DNA of 64,000 nt. Origin: the human T2T-CHM13v2.0 reference genome, Homo sapiens. This document shows, one piece after another, positions 1 through 14,730 of the stretch. Position 1 is the first letter of the stretch. Each line of letters starts with the position of its first letter. The stretch lies in the NCBI RefSeq assembly GCF_009914755.1, contig NC_060927.1. One strand, 5' to 3'. Both the position numbers and the translations under genes were made by a program. The notes below the pieces were generated by a model. It saw only the letters and a program-made list of their open reading frames with translations. It did not search any database and was not told where the DNA came from.

Positions 1-229
1 GAAACCAGAGTTTACTGTTTATTGAAAGAGGAAGTAGTGATCGAGCAGATTTAAGCAGGCATGGGGTGGATAGAGAAAACCGTGCCTCCAGCTAGCTCTC
101 AGGTTTTTTCTCACCCTCTTGACTTAACTTTGTTTCAACAAAATAGGCTTTCTTGCTGTCACTTGAAAGTAATATGCATTTTACCTCTTTAGAGCCTTTA
201 TATTTGTTCAATCTGGAGAACATTACTCT

Positions 230-500
230 CAGAATGCCTGTAACACATCCATGTGTAGATGTTGAATGGGCATTTGAATATACGAGACAGGGGTTCCAGG
301 AGAGGTCTGGACAGCAGGTACACATTCAGGAGAAAATAGATCATGATAACGAGACCACAGAAACACAACCAGTTACATAAGAGAGGGGAATAAAGGAAGA
401 GCAGTGACCAGGAAACTAACAAAGGGTTTCAAAAGGAAAGGGCTGATAGTGTCAAATTCTAATAGGTTCAGATAAAGACTGAGAATTTACCATGACTTTG
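230..500. mobile_element. Ancient L2 fragment
   Basis: Degenerate match to L2-type sequence (…gaatatacgagacaggggttccaggagaggtctggac…); boundaries approximate. Confidence 0.45.
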
Positions 501-786
501 GCAGACATTTCTTTCACCTGATATAATTTGCCCCTAACAACTCTGCCATTTCCTGAGATTCAGCCAAAACGTCACTGTCTCCTTGACATATTTTCTATAT
601 CTATAATTTTTGTTTTACTCCTCTGCCTCCAAAAAAGGGATAATTGTTCTAAATCACTAGCTTGTTTTTTATGTTCTCCCTTTAAAAAATAATCATATTG
701 CTCCTACATCATAGCAAACACCTAGTATATTTTAAGTATTTATTATATAAAATTTTAGACAAAAGGAAAAGTGAAGGAGGAACATA

Positions 787-808
787 GGGAAGGAGGAAGG
801 AAGGAATG

Positions 809-845
<37 letters not shown>

Positions 846-867
846 AGGAAGGAAGGAAGGAAGGAAA
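787..867. repeat. Compound (GGAA)n/(GGCA)n tetranucleotide microsatellite
   Basis: Read directly from the sequence; it explains the 709..900 ORF. Confidence 0.95.
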
Positions 868-1085
868 GTTTCTAGCCTGAAATGTTTTTCTAAGTTCCAT
901 TACTTTTTTTTCTAGGATATTGCTGGGTGACTAATACATAAAATTAATTTTGAGTAAGCCATTAATGCCCAATAATGGTTCACTGTGTTCTATTTTTCTT
1001 CCCAAGTTTATGTGGCTTTTAGCAGGAGAATTTCTGAAAATAAGGATTTTTTTGAACATAAAAAACTAAATCTATGATCGTGTAG

Positions 1086-1361
<276 letters not shown>

Positions 1362-4300
1362 TAATTTCTAAGCCATACTCTGATAGTTGTTTACCTCAAC
1401 TAAATTACAGCTGAAAAATATTACGGAACAAGAGTGAGAAGATGATTATTACAACACTAAACTTGAGGATTAAACAAAACAAAGTTTAGTACTTTATAAA
1501 ATCTTTATAAAGACTTAAATAAATAAAAGTTTCCTGACTTTTGAAACCCATTTCAAAGAGGCCCATCCTGGCATAAATTAAATCTAGGAAAGACTTTAAA
1601 AAATAAATTTAGATGTTATTTGTCATCACTTGAGGAGCTTCATTTCTTTTCTGAATGAGTAGAAACTGAACTCAAAATGATGCTTTTTACACCACCAAGT
1701 TATTGTCGGAAAGCCTCATACCACCACACAACTTCTAACTTGGAAAAAATAATTCAAATATTTTCATACATGCAATGAAAGTAATTATTAGCATGGCCCT
1801 AGAAAGGGTTAGCTTTGCCAAAACTAAGTGGTAAATTGATCCACATTTAATTTGGTTTCCTATATTATATGCTTCTGTTCAGATTGTCTAAAGCCTAGAT
1901 AAAACACAGTGATGCCTGCTGTCCATCAAATGTTAACCAGTGGAATTTGTGCTATGGCGTTTATTATTCTAGGAATAGAAACAATCCAAGAAGGATAAAG
2001 GCAGAAACATGAGAAAGGTTGTGATGTCTTGAAGAGTCGACTTAGAGCATATCAAGATGTACTGTGGTGTCATAGAGTCAAGGGAAAGAAACTGATGTCA
2101 GACTGGAGTAGTAGGCTAAGATCACATGAAAAAGATCCTGTGCACTCTCCTAAAGAGAGTGAATGATGATCCCAGGAACCAATGTGGCAGGCAAGTCTCT
2201 TTTCCTTTACCAGCTCTGCTTCGTAGTGGTTGCCTGCTGATCTCTGTTGAGAATTACCAACGTACTATATGTTCAGCAGTAAAAATTGCTGTTATCAATC
2301 AGAAAACCTGTTGGTCAATGGCTTGATATCTGCAGTATTTGCCAAGTTCACCATATATAACAGGAGCCATCAATCTTTTTTTTTTAACCAAATAATGAAA
2401 TATCAAGGATTTGCTCTTTGGAAGGACACTGCTGGGAATGACTAGATGGAATGGAGGTGACAGAGATTAGAAATAGAAAAGACTGGATGATACAGCACTT
2501 CAGTTTGAGAAATACAAAGGTCAAAAAACAGGTCAGTGATGGGGGAAATGAAATTTATAAATTAAATACATTATAATAGATCTCCTTTCAAGGAATATTT
2601 GACAAGGTCACATTGTATTAATCTAATAATTTTCCTGGAGAAAAGGTTGAATGTTTTCCCAAAATCCATTGATTCCCTTACACCTCTAGAATAGCGGTTC
2701 TTAATTTTTCCCAACGTCCATGTTTTCAGGAAGAATAGTAATCCTAAACAAACATAGGTGAGACAATGGACTACATGGACCACCTGTCCCCCAAGTTTCC
2801 ACTTTCTAGTGGGAATTAAAAGTGAGTTATAACAAAGAATAGAGAGGGTTGAAATCACAATTCAGGTAATCACAGCCCATCAATTAAAAGCAAATGACAC
2901 ACAAAGATTGATCCATGAATAATGATGGTTGAAAATTAAGACCAAATCAGGATAGCAATGATCATATAGTATGTTACCGAAATTTTCAAATGCTTATGTA
3001 AGGGTCAGTTTGCAATAATGCTAAGCAATGTGTGGCAATAGGAATTCTAAAAGAAGATGGAAAGAAGACCTCAGTAAATGCTGGTGAGTCCTTAATTTTA
3101 AATAGTCAAGATATTTTGATAATTCTGATAATTAAGAGGGGTTACTAGGAAGTATTCCTTAGCTATAGGTAATTATATAATAATACAACAACAATCACCA
3201 TCTCCACCATCACGGCTACTAAGTGGCATTTATTAAGAAATTATTATGTTTCAGGCATAGCCTTCGCTCTTAATCAATGCTCTATTGTGCATCCTGTGTC
3301 TTCCCGAACGAAGGTATTGTTTTTCAATCGGTTTATGTATTAGTTTAGGATCTACTACGAGGAGCCTGATAGCTGCAGTTCCTACTTTGGAAAACACTGC
3401 TTGAAAATCCCATTCACACTCCAGACATGGATGTCTCATAAATGGAGTTCAGTGGGTTTGAATTCCTGCCAAAAGTCCTACTTTTGCCACTGAGAGAGTC
3501 CTAATTTAATTTTACCTGACAAATAATAACCACTGCTTTATTTTTATCTGAAATGCATATGGATTCTTGATGATATATATATTAAGCTTTCCAAGAAGAC
3601 AGGATTAATGTTGAGGTTATTTTCTCATGTATGGGGCTAGACTGAAAAAAAAATCCTTTTAATCACCATTTTACTGTCATTTCTTAAACTTCCTGCAGCA
3701 ATCTAGTAGAACCTATCCAGAAGAATAAATGAAGCCATTTTTATATCACATGATGGTTACTTTCATAATTTCCAGTAGGAAATGGAGAAGCTATTTATTG
3801 GTCTCCGGAATTTAAACATTTAAAAGGAACCTACTGTTATATTTATTATCCTTTACAGGAAATGCAAAGCTCTTTAAGACAGACAATGAACAGAAAGCTT
3901 CATAAAAGACACTGCAAATTTAATAAGCTACACTATCTTTTGCTGATTCCTATTTACTATTCATGAAAATGGGATTTGGGTGACTTCTCTTTTTACATCT
4001 TGTAACAGGAATTTCAAGAGAATGAGGAACAAACAGCATGAGATCCACGTCTCAGGACATTATATTTTTAAATTAATTTTCAGCCTCTTTTAGCACTGTA
4101 TTTATATGAATCACAGCTCCTTTAGGTATTTTGCAGAATGACACCTTTGTAGTTGAGTCAGATAATACACATGTATACTTGTTTGTACAATGATAAAAAT
4201 AATAGTCATACCTTGAGTCTATATGTCCATATATACCTTTACATAACATATATCTCTTTATGTGTGTGTGGGGATATACATATATATGTATGTATATATA

Positions 4301-5614
4301 TAAAATAGTATATATACTAAGAAGCTAAAACTAAATGAGGATATATATATGTATATATATCCCTCCCCAAAAGGAGTAAAAAACATTCCACCTACAAATA
4401 AACCTATGTTTTGTGACTCAGTCTCATGGATAATGATCAGTCTTTGGGTATTTACATAATTCTTTGGTTTTGGTCCCTTTGAAGCTAGGATATTTCAATG
4501 CATTTCCAGAGAGCAATTTCAATACAATATATCAGTAACAACTGATACCAATGCATATTTCTTTTCTAAATATTTTAGCACACAGAAATTTATTTTCTGT
4601 TTAATGTTTCTTTTTGCGTAGATACTGATGGTTTTATCAGCAACATCCTGGAACCTCTCTGACTTACATTCTTTTATTCTCTCATTCAAATCATGTATTC
4701 CTTATTATTTATGCATAAAACCCTGACTGATAGTTCTGATAAGACATTTTCTTTAAATTTGTCTTCTTAGTTGCTTTTTCTCATATTAAGCACTCAAAAT
4801 TATTTTAACCATATTTTTTCTTAACTGTTATATTCTTTATGAAATAATGTTACTGAAAAGTGAATCAGTTGTCACTTCAAATTTTCCTAAAATTGATCAA
4901 CTAAATTATTAACATTAAAAATAATGGTCATAGTATAAAGTTTTTAAATTTTATAATCTGATCTGTCAATCATTTTCATTATGGCTTCTGGGTTATAAAT
5001 TATTCTAGTACCTGTCCTTTCAATGCTAAAATAATATCATAAATTTTACTCATTAATACAGTGTGAGTAGGGGTTTGAGATAAGAAGCTGAAAATAGATG
5101 AGATTTATATTCATCAACATGGCCAAAATGATACTTATATGTATATATATTTAACAATGTTAAAGTATATACCAGAATTATTAAAGAAAATTTTGATGAA
5201 ATGGAAGGGAAATCACTCACATTCCTCTGAGAAAATTTTACAAATAAAGTTCAGTGTGATAGATAGATAAGACTGTGATTTCTATTCATTTGAATGGGTG
5301 ACACACGGCTGAATCTGAACTACATGTTCTGAAAATTTACCTCTTCCTGGTTTAACAAAAGAGACAGTGTGTAACTACCATAATAACCAGCTATTTAAAC
5401 TAATTATTTCCATTTTGTTCATGTGGAACTTTTATTGACTGGACTGCTTTAGGAAAACAGGTCTTCTGCAAGTGGATTGTAAAACCATGGCAGTTTTTTT
5501 TGCTAGTGAAGGTGGCATTCAGCAGGTGGTAAAAAAAAAAAAAAAATTGAGGATGTTGCTTGGAGAAATACTTATTTTGCTTGTTTTAGCGTGTTTGTGA
5601 TTTTTATTTCCATC

Positions 5615-5618
<4 letters not shown>

Positions 5619-5695
<77 letters not shown>
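5619..5695. repeat. (GT)15(AT)23 compound microsatellite
   Basis: Read directly from the sequence. Confidence 0.95.
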
Positions 5696-5699
<4 letters not shown>

Positions 5700-5896
5700 T
5701 GAGTATTTGTTAATATCTATCTTCCTCATGAAATAAACATGAAACTTAAGCATTGGGCCCAAGAGAGTACTTTTTAATAGCAGGAACCAGTAAGTTGAAT
5801 CTCACAGAATAATGAAATTTGAGACATGCCTAGAAATTTAGAGATCATTTATTCAGTAACTAGATATGCTTAAGAAAATTCTCAAAGCCACACACC

Positions 5897-6080
5897 TTAA
5901 TAATAATGTTCATTTTTGATCACTATTATTAATAATAATGTTCCTTTTGATCACTATTATTATTAATGTTCATTTTTGATCATCATTATTAATAATGTTC
6001 ATTTTGATCATTATTATTAATATTATTATTATTGTTATTATTGTTAATAATATTATTAGTGTTCACTTTGATCATTATTT
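5897..6080. repeat. AT-rich minisatellite, about 5 degenerate ~29-bp units (taataatgttcatttttgatcactattat)
   Basis: The core tgttc…ttgatca recurs five times. Confidence 0.85.
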
Positions 6081-6768
6081 TTAACATTCAAAATGAATCT
6101 TAAAACAGCAACCCCAAGCTCTGGTGAGATAGCAATTTATGGCAAAAGGGTAGATTTTCTGCATCTGTAATTTTTCAGGCATCCTGCAATTATTGACAAT
6201 GACTCCATTCAAACTAGATGAGTTGGGTTAGATGAGATTACATTTGGAAACATTCACTTTCAATACAAACTTCCTGGTTGAATCAGTAGTCAGCAGGAGG
6301 GCTTTGCTATAAAGCAATCCTGACACAAGCTTTTAAGCAGTGAGTAATAACACTCTTTAATAACATGAATTTCTCGTTATCACCAACACTGATGGTGCAG
6401 AAATCATGCTGTCTAGGTACAATGAGTTATTTTATGGCCAGCAATCAAAGCGCCACCACTTTTTGCCCAAAGAGAAATGTTTCACCCCTCTGACAAAAAT
6501 GCTGCAAGGCTTAATGATAAATCAATGATAAATAAGATTGATGTGAAGTATTTCCCGTAGTATAAAAGAAATATGCCTTATGGAGAGGAATCATTATTAG
6601 AGAGGCTGACTCTGCAATAATGTATGTCACTCCCCCAAAAGATAGTTAGTACTTTACAGGACATAAAGGAGTCACTCAGGTATTTTCATATTGAATAGTC
6701 CCTTTTCCCTTCTTTGATGATGAATGGATGAAGGAAGCCTTAACTGATATCAAAGAGAATAGCAAATC

Positions 6769-7095
6769 GGCCGGGCGCGGTGGCTCACGCCTGTCATCCC
6801 AGCACTTTGGGAGGCCGAGGCGGGCGGATCACGAGCTCAGGAGATCGAGACCATCCTGGCTAACACGGTGAAACCCCGTCTCTACTAAAAAAATATAAAA
6901 ATCAGCCGGGCGTGGTGGCAGGCGCCTGTAGTCCCAGCTACTCGGGAGGCTGAGGCGGGAGAATGGCGGGAACCCGGGGGGCGGAGCTTGCGGTGAGCAG
7001 AGATGGCGCCACCGCCCTCCAGCCTGGTCGACAGAGCCAGACTCCGTCTCAAAAACAAAAACAAAAACAAAAAAAACCCCACACAAACAAACAAA
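6769..7095 (+). mobile_element. AluY, full length, with 17-bp TSD
   Basis: AluY diagnostics (ggatcacgag, atcctggctaacacggtg, gagcttgc). TSD aaagagaatagcaaatc (6752-6768) / aaagagaagagcaaatc (7096-7112). Confidence 0.95.
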
Positions 7096-10000
7096 AAAGA
7101 GAAGAGCAAATCAATGAAATAGAGAAAAGTGATCTTTGTACCAGAGCAATAGTGGATATATTTTCTCTTTTCCCATTGATAGCCAGATTCGACCTTTCTG
7201 ACACACACTATTAGAGCCTGAAGCATCCTTTCTGTGAGATAATGAATCCCAGGGTTGGTAGAAACCATAACAAGAGGAATCCCCAACTGTTTGTGCTGCT
7301 TCCTTCTGGCTGAGAGGAGGTGTGAATTGTATTCCCTCCTTGGGGATGTAAAATTCTTGGAAAGTTTGTCACCACTCTGGAGGTGAAGAAAGCTCAGAGT
7401 GTGGGGAGAGTTTGGGTTCAAGTTGCTTTTCTCTCTCTTTCTTTGTTTCATTCATTCTCTTTCTTTCTTTTATCTTTCTTTCTTTCAGAGCTTATTGTGT
7501 TAAGAAAATCTCATCTCTCATTTATTTTTTATTGTAATCTAAAGTAATGTTGCATTAAAGAAAAAAAAAGGTGGAAATATTTTAATAGTCCCACAGGAAG
7601 GGTTTACATTCCTGAGGAAATGTTGTACTTTGCAGAGATTATTTAGTCTCTGATTAATTTGTACACGGATAAAACAAGTTTCATGAGCGTCACTGCAACA
7701 ATTACATGAACATCTAGAAAACTAAGCAAGATTCTTGCTATCTCAGAGGGGAACAAGGATTGAATACTGAATTTTTACAAAGAAATCCGCTCTTCTTAAC
7801 TAGGATTGTCACATGATTTTCAAATTAAAGAATGGAAGAAAATGGCATTAAAATGGAAATAGAAGCTCCTTGTTTCTGAAGACTAATTTTGAAAGAGTGT
7901 AACTGGTGTTTTCCAGACCTTCAGAAAGACCTTAAACACACCCAAGAGACTTGAGTTTGATAGAGGAAAGCTTGGTGATGTTGAGCTCTCTTAAACACAG
8001 GGATGGGGTATGAAAGATAAATGGAAAATCTCCTTCTTCAAAGGGTTTCCAAAACAGTTCACGTGGTGATGACAGTGTTTTTGCAAAAAGCAGTCACTAA
8101 TTAGAAAACCTTCTAGGTCCTTCTTTGATGTGTAGCTATAATTATTCTAAAGATCTGGAAACTGGCAGAGTTAAAGGGGAAAGTCTAAATAACTTTTACT
8201 CTATTCAGACATAGAAGACATAAGTTATTTTGCTGTAAATAAGAAAATACAAATATAAAAGTAGTTATTATTTAGTAGCAATTGTTTTAATATAATGATG
8301 CTATTGTAACCCAGGTTTCCTGGGTTTTGGGGTACACACTGTGAAAAAGTGTCCACTTATAACTGTTGCAACTTGAGCTTTTGTTGTTTCAAAAAAATTC
8401 CAAGAAGCTCAGCCCTGATACAACTTTACCTCTAGCCAATATCATTAATTATTTTCCTAGGCAAAAACAGTCCCTTCCTTGAACCAAAAGTGAGAATATT
8501 TTCCTCCAGTTCACACTTACTTAACCTAAGAGTCTGTAATTTTTCTTTTTCTTCTCCTTCAGTTTTAACTTCAGCTCCAAGTCTCATCTCAAATTGTTTA
8601 GGCTATTACATTCAGTGAGAGGTTGATTATTTTTATTTTATTTTCTCCTAAATTTCAAATAGTGTCTTACTACTACAATTCCTAGCTAAAATTCTGCAAT
8701 GTCACTGGAAAGCTCCATGCCTTACTATCTAGATTTATAGTTAGTTTTTTATTGGTTTCCAGTTTTTCGTGAACTTTCTGGGACTCACCACCTTTATCTC
8801 TTGCTCCTCTTTTTTCCCAAGTGGCTTAATAATGACTAGGGACCTTAACAGAACCAAATTTATCAATATTAGTGAAGGCACACACACAATAACAACAAAA
8901 CAGAGACAAAATGGGTCTATGACTCAAGAGTGTAAAAATGCATATTTTTGATAAATTTGGCAATTTGAAAACATTTGGCAATTTTTTAACAAAGTTTAAC
9001 AACTGGAGCAATAATTCCACTTTTACGACTTAGCCTATGAATGCGTAGTTATGCAAAATTAAAAAGCAATGATACTGTCTATTGAGAATCAGTTAAAATG
9101 ATGAGACACTGGAAATAGCCTAACTGTCCATAACTGGGACATTTGTTTCCTAACATTCATTGTATCTAAAATGAAAGATCATCAAGCTATGTCTTAAGAA
9201 AACTTTAGCCAAATGCTCTTTGATAGGTCTTAAACCTCTGGAAATAAAAAATTGTGACAACAGTGGTTCTCAAATGTTACCAAAAAGTGTAGACATCATA
9301 AATCACAAAAACAAATTAAACATTAATCATAGTAAATGGTATATATCCAAAACACAGGGGGAAAAGCAGAAGGATAATGATAAGTCCTTTCCATTGCGTA
9401 CTAGGCCATTTTCTTGTAAGCCCATACCGAAGATTCATCTATAGCTTCAGAAGAATGGAACACAATAGCATAGGGCTCAGAAAATTTATGTTCTGTAAAA
9501 CTTATTAGATGTTATGATTTTACCAAAGAGTCATGGTTGGTTCACTGTGTATGTTTGTTTGTTTTACTGTCCTGTAGACATTAACCTGCTATGTATTTCC
9601 GTAGTTTTGTTTGTTTCTCCCACAGACTATGGAAAGCGTATTTCTCAGATACTTTTTTCTTTCAACCTGCTTTTTCACCCTGCTGGCTCCCTCATCAATA
9701 AGTTAAATAAAACAAACTTGAGGTGAGATAATAGAGCTCTGACTGGCAACTACGATTCCCAACCATCACTGCAACTAATATCTTCCTAGGAGAGGATGTC
9801 AATGATTCAAAATAACTCCCATTTTGAAACAAACATCCAACTATAAGCAAAACTTATGTGCTTACCTCCTATAATGTTGAAAGTTCAGATATGGTAATGC
9901 ATTTTTAAAATCTCAGAAGCCATACATAATAATCTAAATGTTATATTATATTTTCAGTGGAGGATAAAGTTGCAAAATCCCTCTGAGTCTCTACATGCAG

Positions 10001-11696
10001 AGTCAAGATGCATTGTTACAAAGAAAAATATTATTTCAAATAGCCTTTCTATCATGATCTAAATCTTAGAAAATATATATAAGAACAAGTCTAGAGAAAA
10101 TACACTAACTTTCACATAGTCACATATGCATCCCTAACCCCGGAAAATATATACCCAACCACTACAGTGGTTATCTATAGGATCAAGGATTAAATGAAAT
10201 TTCTCACTTTTTTTTATCAGACTTTTCTATAAGATATAAATTTTGTAAAGGAACGGAGGAAAAATATTTCAAATAAGAGCAGGCAGAAGGATAAGAAAAA
10301 AATCCTGAAAAGCAGTATATATTAGACAGGAGAAACTTCTCCACCTGTCTCCCTCTGCCCATTAATCTCCAGTCTATGTTTTATTAGATAGCGGAGAAAA
10401 ACGTTTCTTTTTGGGTGTAATAGCACAGCATATTCTTAGTCAGAATTATTTAATTTCTACCAATATTTTGTAACTTTTGTACCTTTAAAACTAAGTAGTG
10501 TACAAATAAGATTGTTTAATCAACTCATTTATACTTCATGTAAAATTTAATTCAAACATAATATGATTTATCTCTCATGTAAGTATTATTTCTGAATTAT
10601 TGGAATAGATAAAATAGAAAATATCACAGTATTTACTTTTATCATGGAAATAAAAATTAATTTTTCCACTTGGTTTATAAAATATAGATTGATAAATATA
10701 TGAGAAAAGCTATTAGCCACCTAACCAAAGAAAAGACTGTTATTAAAACTAACTCCTGACTCATAGCTAAAGTTGGTTTTACTCATAACCTCATTCTGCC
10801 TATATAATCACACGTTAATATAGTTTATTGTTGCTAATTTAGGGAAGTAAAGACAGTGCATTTGCCTGAAAATCTTGAGTTAAATGGTAAATTAGAATCA
10901 TTACACCAATCATTATGGAACAGGAATGGACTTTGGCATTTTAAGTGGAGTTGTGTCTATTTTACAAGAGTATCTCTTATCTGAAGTGTCACATTGATTT
11001 TTAAGAGAAATTCAGATGCATGGTCAAACATTTAGGTGTTCTACAAAGTGACAAAATGATTCTCAGCAACTAAGTAGAAAATAGTCATTTATTGTCAGAT
11101 TTTATGGAAATTTTATTTGAGGCTAGAAAAACACCTAATGTATGCAGTAAATCCAAAAGCAAATATTTCTATTTGTTTCTCTAATAAGCCTCATTACCAC
11201 AGTTTATAAATATTACAACCATGGAGCAATTATCTGTAAATTATTGTGAGCAGAAGCAATGGTTTTTGAAAAGGATTTCTAGAATATCCAATTCCTAAAT
11301 TACCTCAGTACTGGTGGGCAGCATGTAAGAATTTGGGAGTAAAGAAGAAAAAATTATTTTTATCCCTGGGAAAGCCCTGGAGTTGTCTCCTTAATGAGAT
11401 CACAGGGGGATCCAACAGCTGCCCTTGAATCTTGCCTCTCTCTCTACATGTTTGTTCTCTGTACCATCCCTCTGAAGCGGATCTCACTATTGATTGCCCC
11501 CTGGCAAGCAGACATGTGACCAATATACACCTATATTATGAGCCTAGACCATTTAAAATCCTGAAAACGTTTTTTTTCTCTTCATGGAACACATAATTTT
11601 TTGGCTTGACTTTGAGGACTGATTTGAGATTTGAACACTGTAACACTATTTTTCACTCCATAATACCCTCTTTTCTAGAGTTGACTTCAAGGATAT

Positions 11697-12121
11697 TGTT
11701 ATAGGTTAAATTGTGTTTCCCCCACCAAAAAGATATTTTAAAATCCTAATCCCTAGCACCTCATATTTGGAAATAGGGTCATGGCAGATGTAATTAGTTA
11801 TATTAAGAAGATGTCATTCAGGAGTAGGTGGACCCCTAATTCAACATGACTGATGTCCTTATAGGACACATACATGGGGAGATGAAGGTAGAGATTGGAG
11901 TTACGCAGCTGCTGGCCAAGGAACACCAAAGGTTGCCAGCAAACCATCAGAAGCTAGGAAGAGGCAAGAAAGGATTGCTTTATAGGTTTGAGAGGGAGCA
12001 TGGCCCTGCTGCCACCTTGAGCTCAGATTTCTTGCCTCCAGTACTATGAGCAATACATGTCTATTGTTTTCAGCCACCCAATTTGTGAAACTTTGACATG
12101 GCAGTCTGGGAGATTAATACA
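11697..12121 (+). mobile_element. MaLR solo LTR (MLT1C-like)
   Basis: TG…CA ends; MLT1 motifs tttggaaatagggtc, ccaaggaacaccaaagg…gaagctaggaagaggcaag, gagggagcatggccctgc, taataca. Confidence 0.85.
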
Positions 12122-12299
12122 GAATTGTAATATAAATAAGTCAGTACTAGATTTAGCTCTGGTTATTACATCACAAAGTTTAATGTTCTGAAACTTCTTT
12201 GGTGAATAGGATCTAGATAATCTACAAATTCAAACTAACTTCATTACTCTAATTAAACTCTTTATTACAAAAATCTAACTTATCCTTTAGCTCTATTAT

Positions 12300-13800
12300 C
12301 CATTCCTTCATTTTAGTCGGCTGAGCACCTGCTCTGTGCCAAGTTCCTGGGTGTACCATCTTGGACAGGAAGTCTGCCCTGTCTTTACAGAGCTTAGATC
12401 CTAGAGAGAGAGATTTACTCAGTGCCAATTCTTCTCCCTACACTTACTATTCTCAAGCACACCAACACAAGCTCTATGATGATATGCTTGAGATATTTTT
12501 CGGGCAGTCACAAAGTGCTGGAGCCCACTTGGCCCCTGAACCATTGGGGATCAACTCTTAATCAGTGAGAGAGAATTTGGTGTCTAAATATCCCAGCTCT
12601 CTTGCCCCACTCTGAAGCATGTTATACTGTTGCCTAGACTTCCCTTTTCAGACTGAGCTTCAGTTGCCCCTAACAATAGCCTGCCCAATGATGTATCTGA
12701 ATTCATTTCCTTCCTTCACTTCTCCACTTTCTTCCTGGTGTTTCCTGGGGTAATATCCAAAATAAGCTACTTGAATTTACATGCTTGACACAGGATCAGC
12801 TTCAGGGAATCCCTGAACTAAGGTAACTGGCAAATAATTTTAAAAGGCACAAAAGTGAATTAATTGCATACTTTCCAACTGTAATGGGTGCTATAAGGTA
12901 ACAAGAGCCTTCAGTAGATGATGACTGGAATGGGAGTGTATTCCTTTCTTCAGTCAGGGTGATCAGGGAAGCTTCTCTGATCTAGTGACCATTAAGACCT
13001 GCGGGAAGGAAAGAAGTAGCCATTTGAAGAGCAGGAGCAAAGGCGTTACAGGACGCTCTATCAGCAAGTGCAAAGGCTCTTAAATTACCAATGAGCTCAT
13101 CATCTTCAAAGAACTGAAAGAAGTAGAGAGTAGAGCATACATTAGAAGGAGGAATACATGCTAAGACAGGAAGACTTTTGTTTTGTTTTCCATACGCAGT
13201 GGAAGTCATAGAATAGTCTATGGTAATGAAGGAACATAGTTGAATTTACATTCTGAAATCACTCTTACCACTGGGTGGCAAACCCATTGCAGAGTGATCA
13301 AAGTAGAGGTAGGGAGAGAGAAATCAGTTACAAAAAGAGGTGCTAGTGACAAACATGAAGAGGGTGGCAATCAAGATGGAAAAGTGAGAGAAGTGTAACT
13401 CACACATTCTCTCAAATGTGGGTAATACTGTGAATAATATTTTGAAATTAATTGATATTTTCTTAATCATATATCTCAGACCTGTTTTTATATTAGCCTG
13501 CAACATTCTTTTTAACAGTTTCAGATGTTTCCTGAAATTGGGTGAAGATTTGAGATATAATTTTTTAGAAGCGACAAGATTTTCGGATGGATTTAAGTGG
13601 GTGGAGAATAAATTTAAGGAAACAAGGATTATTGACAAATTTCTAGCTTCTGTGGTAACTGTGGTGTCCTCCAATCTAGTAGCATTAATATGAGAATAGG
13701 AAAGACACATGGAGAAAATAACAGAATAGAATGCAGGCAAGTCACCAAAGGGGAGTTTAGAGCTCTGTAGTTTTATGCACATCATCTGCAAATGGTAGTG
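12300..13800. mobile_element. L2 fragments interrupted by an LTR16-like ERVL LTR (about 12420-12825)
   Basis: L2 3'-end motif (tgagcacctgctctgtgcca) and L2 body; LTR16-type end aaataagctacttg…cagcttcagggaatccctgaactaag. Confidence 0.55.
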
Positions 13801-14730
13801 CCTTATACATAGTACACAACATTTTTTTTAATTTTTAATTTTTTTAGTGAATGAAGATAGGAGTGCTCTCTGAGGAGCTTAGACATGTTAATAAGTAAAA
13901 CAGATACATATATAGTTAGCATTTATTAGAAACTTACAATATGTCAGAGGGTTTACAGGTATTATCTTTTTTATTTACCACAAAACTGCATCAATACCAC
14001 TAAAAATCCTGAGGAAATTAAAGAATGCCAAACACTCTACCTAAGGAATTGTAATGTAAAATAACTACTAATTGAGGAAGGGATAAAGTATCATCAATGA
14101 GAGCACAAATAAGAGAACTATGAATTCTGACTGAGAAATGACAGGAAGTTGTATATATGAAAATTTAAAGACGACATGAGGTTTTCAACAGAGAAGAAAG
14201 GGGTATTTTAGGGAAAGGAAATTATTTCTGCAATGGATGAGAACAACAGCCATCATCAGATTTCTATTTCAAATACATTTTCTGGCTTAGCATTTATTCC
14301 CATTACATAATTTTTTGAGTAAACTCACTTTAATGTTTGCCCCTTACTAAAACTGCATGCTTCATAAGTGCCTGGATTTCACCTGAGTTGTACAACACGA
14401 GAAACAGGTAAAAGTAATCACTCATTAAATGTACATGTATGTGAATGAGTGGAAAATAAGTGAATGAGTGAATAAAAGAACAAATGAAGAACAAATAAAA
14501 GAACAAATAAAGTAATCAAGGAGTCAGCCGGGGCGAATATACCGTAGTTACCATAAACTTCAGGGGGGAGGAGTGGGGCAGAGCACAGCGCGGAAGGTCA
14601 GAGTACAAGCCTGGAAGGAGACTGGCTTGTGTGAATAGCTGCTCTGTCTCTTGATTTCTGAGCAAGCTTGGAAAAGTTACTTAAAAGTCAATTAAACCTT
14701 GTGAACTTTAATTCCTTAAAAAACTGAGAG

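Noticed and set aside
6829-7451. 188-aa and other Alu-overlapping ORFs (also 24511, 45050, 49524, 61890)
   Set aside because: Typical Alu-derived open frames with no supporting gene structure.
13324-13791. 155-aa and 91-aa ORFs with an apparent acceptor at about 13518
   Set aside because: They lie within degenerate L2 sequence and the peptides resemble nothing I recognise.
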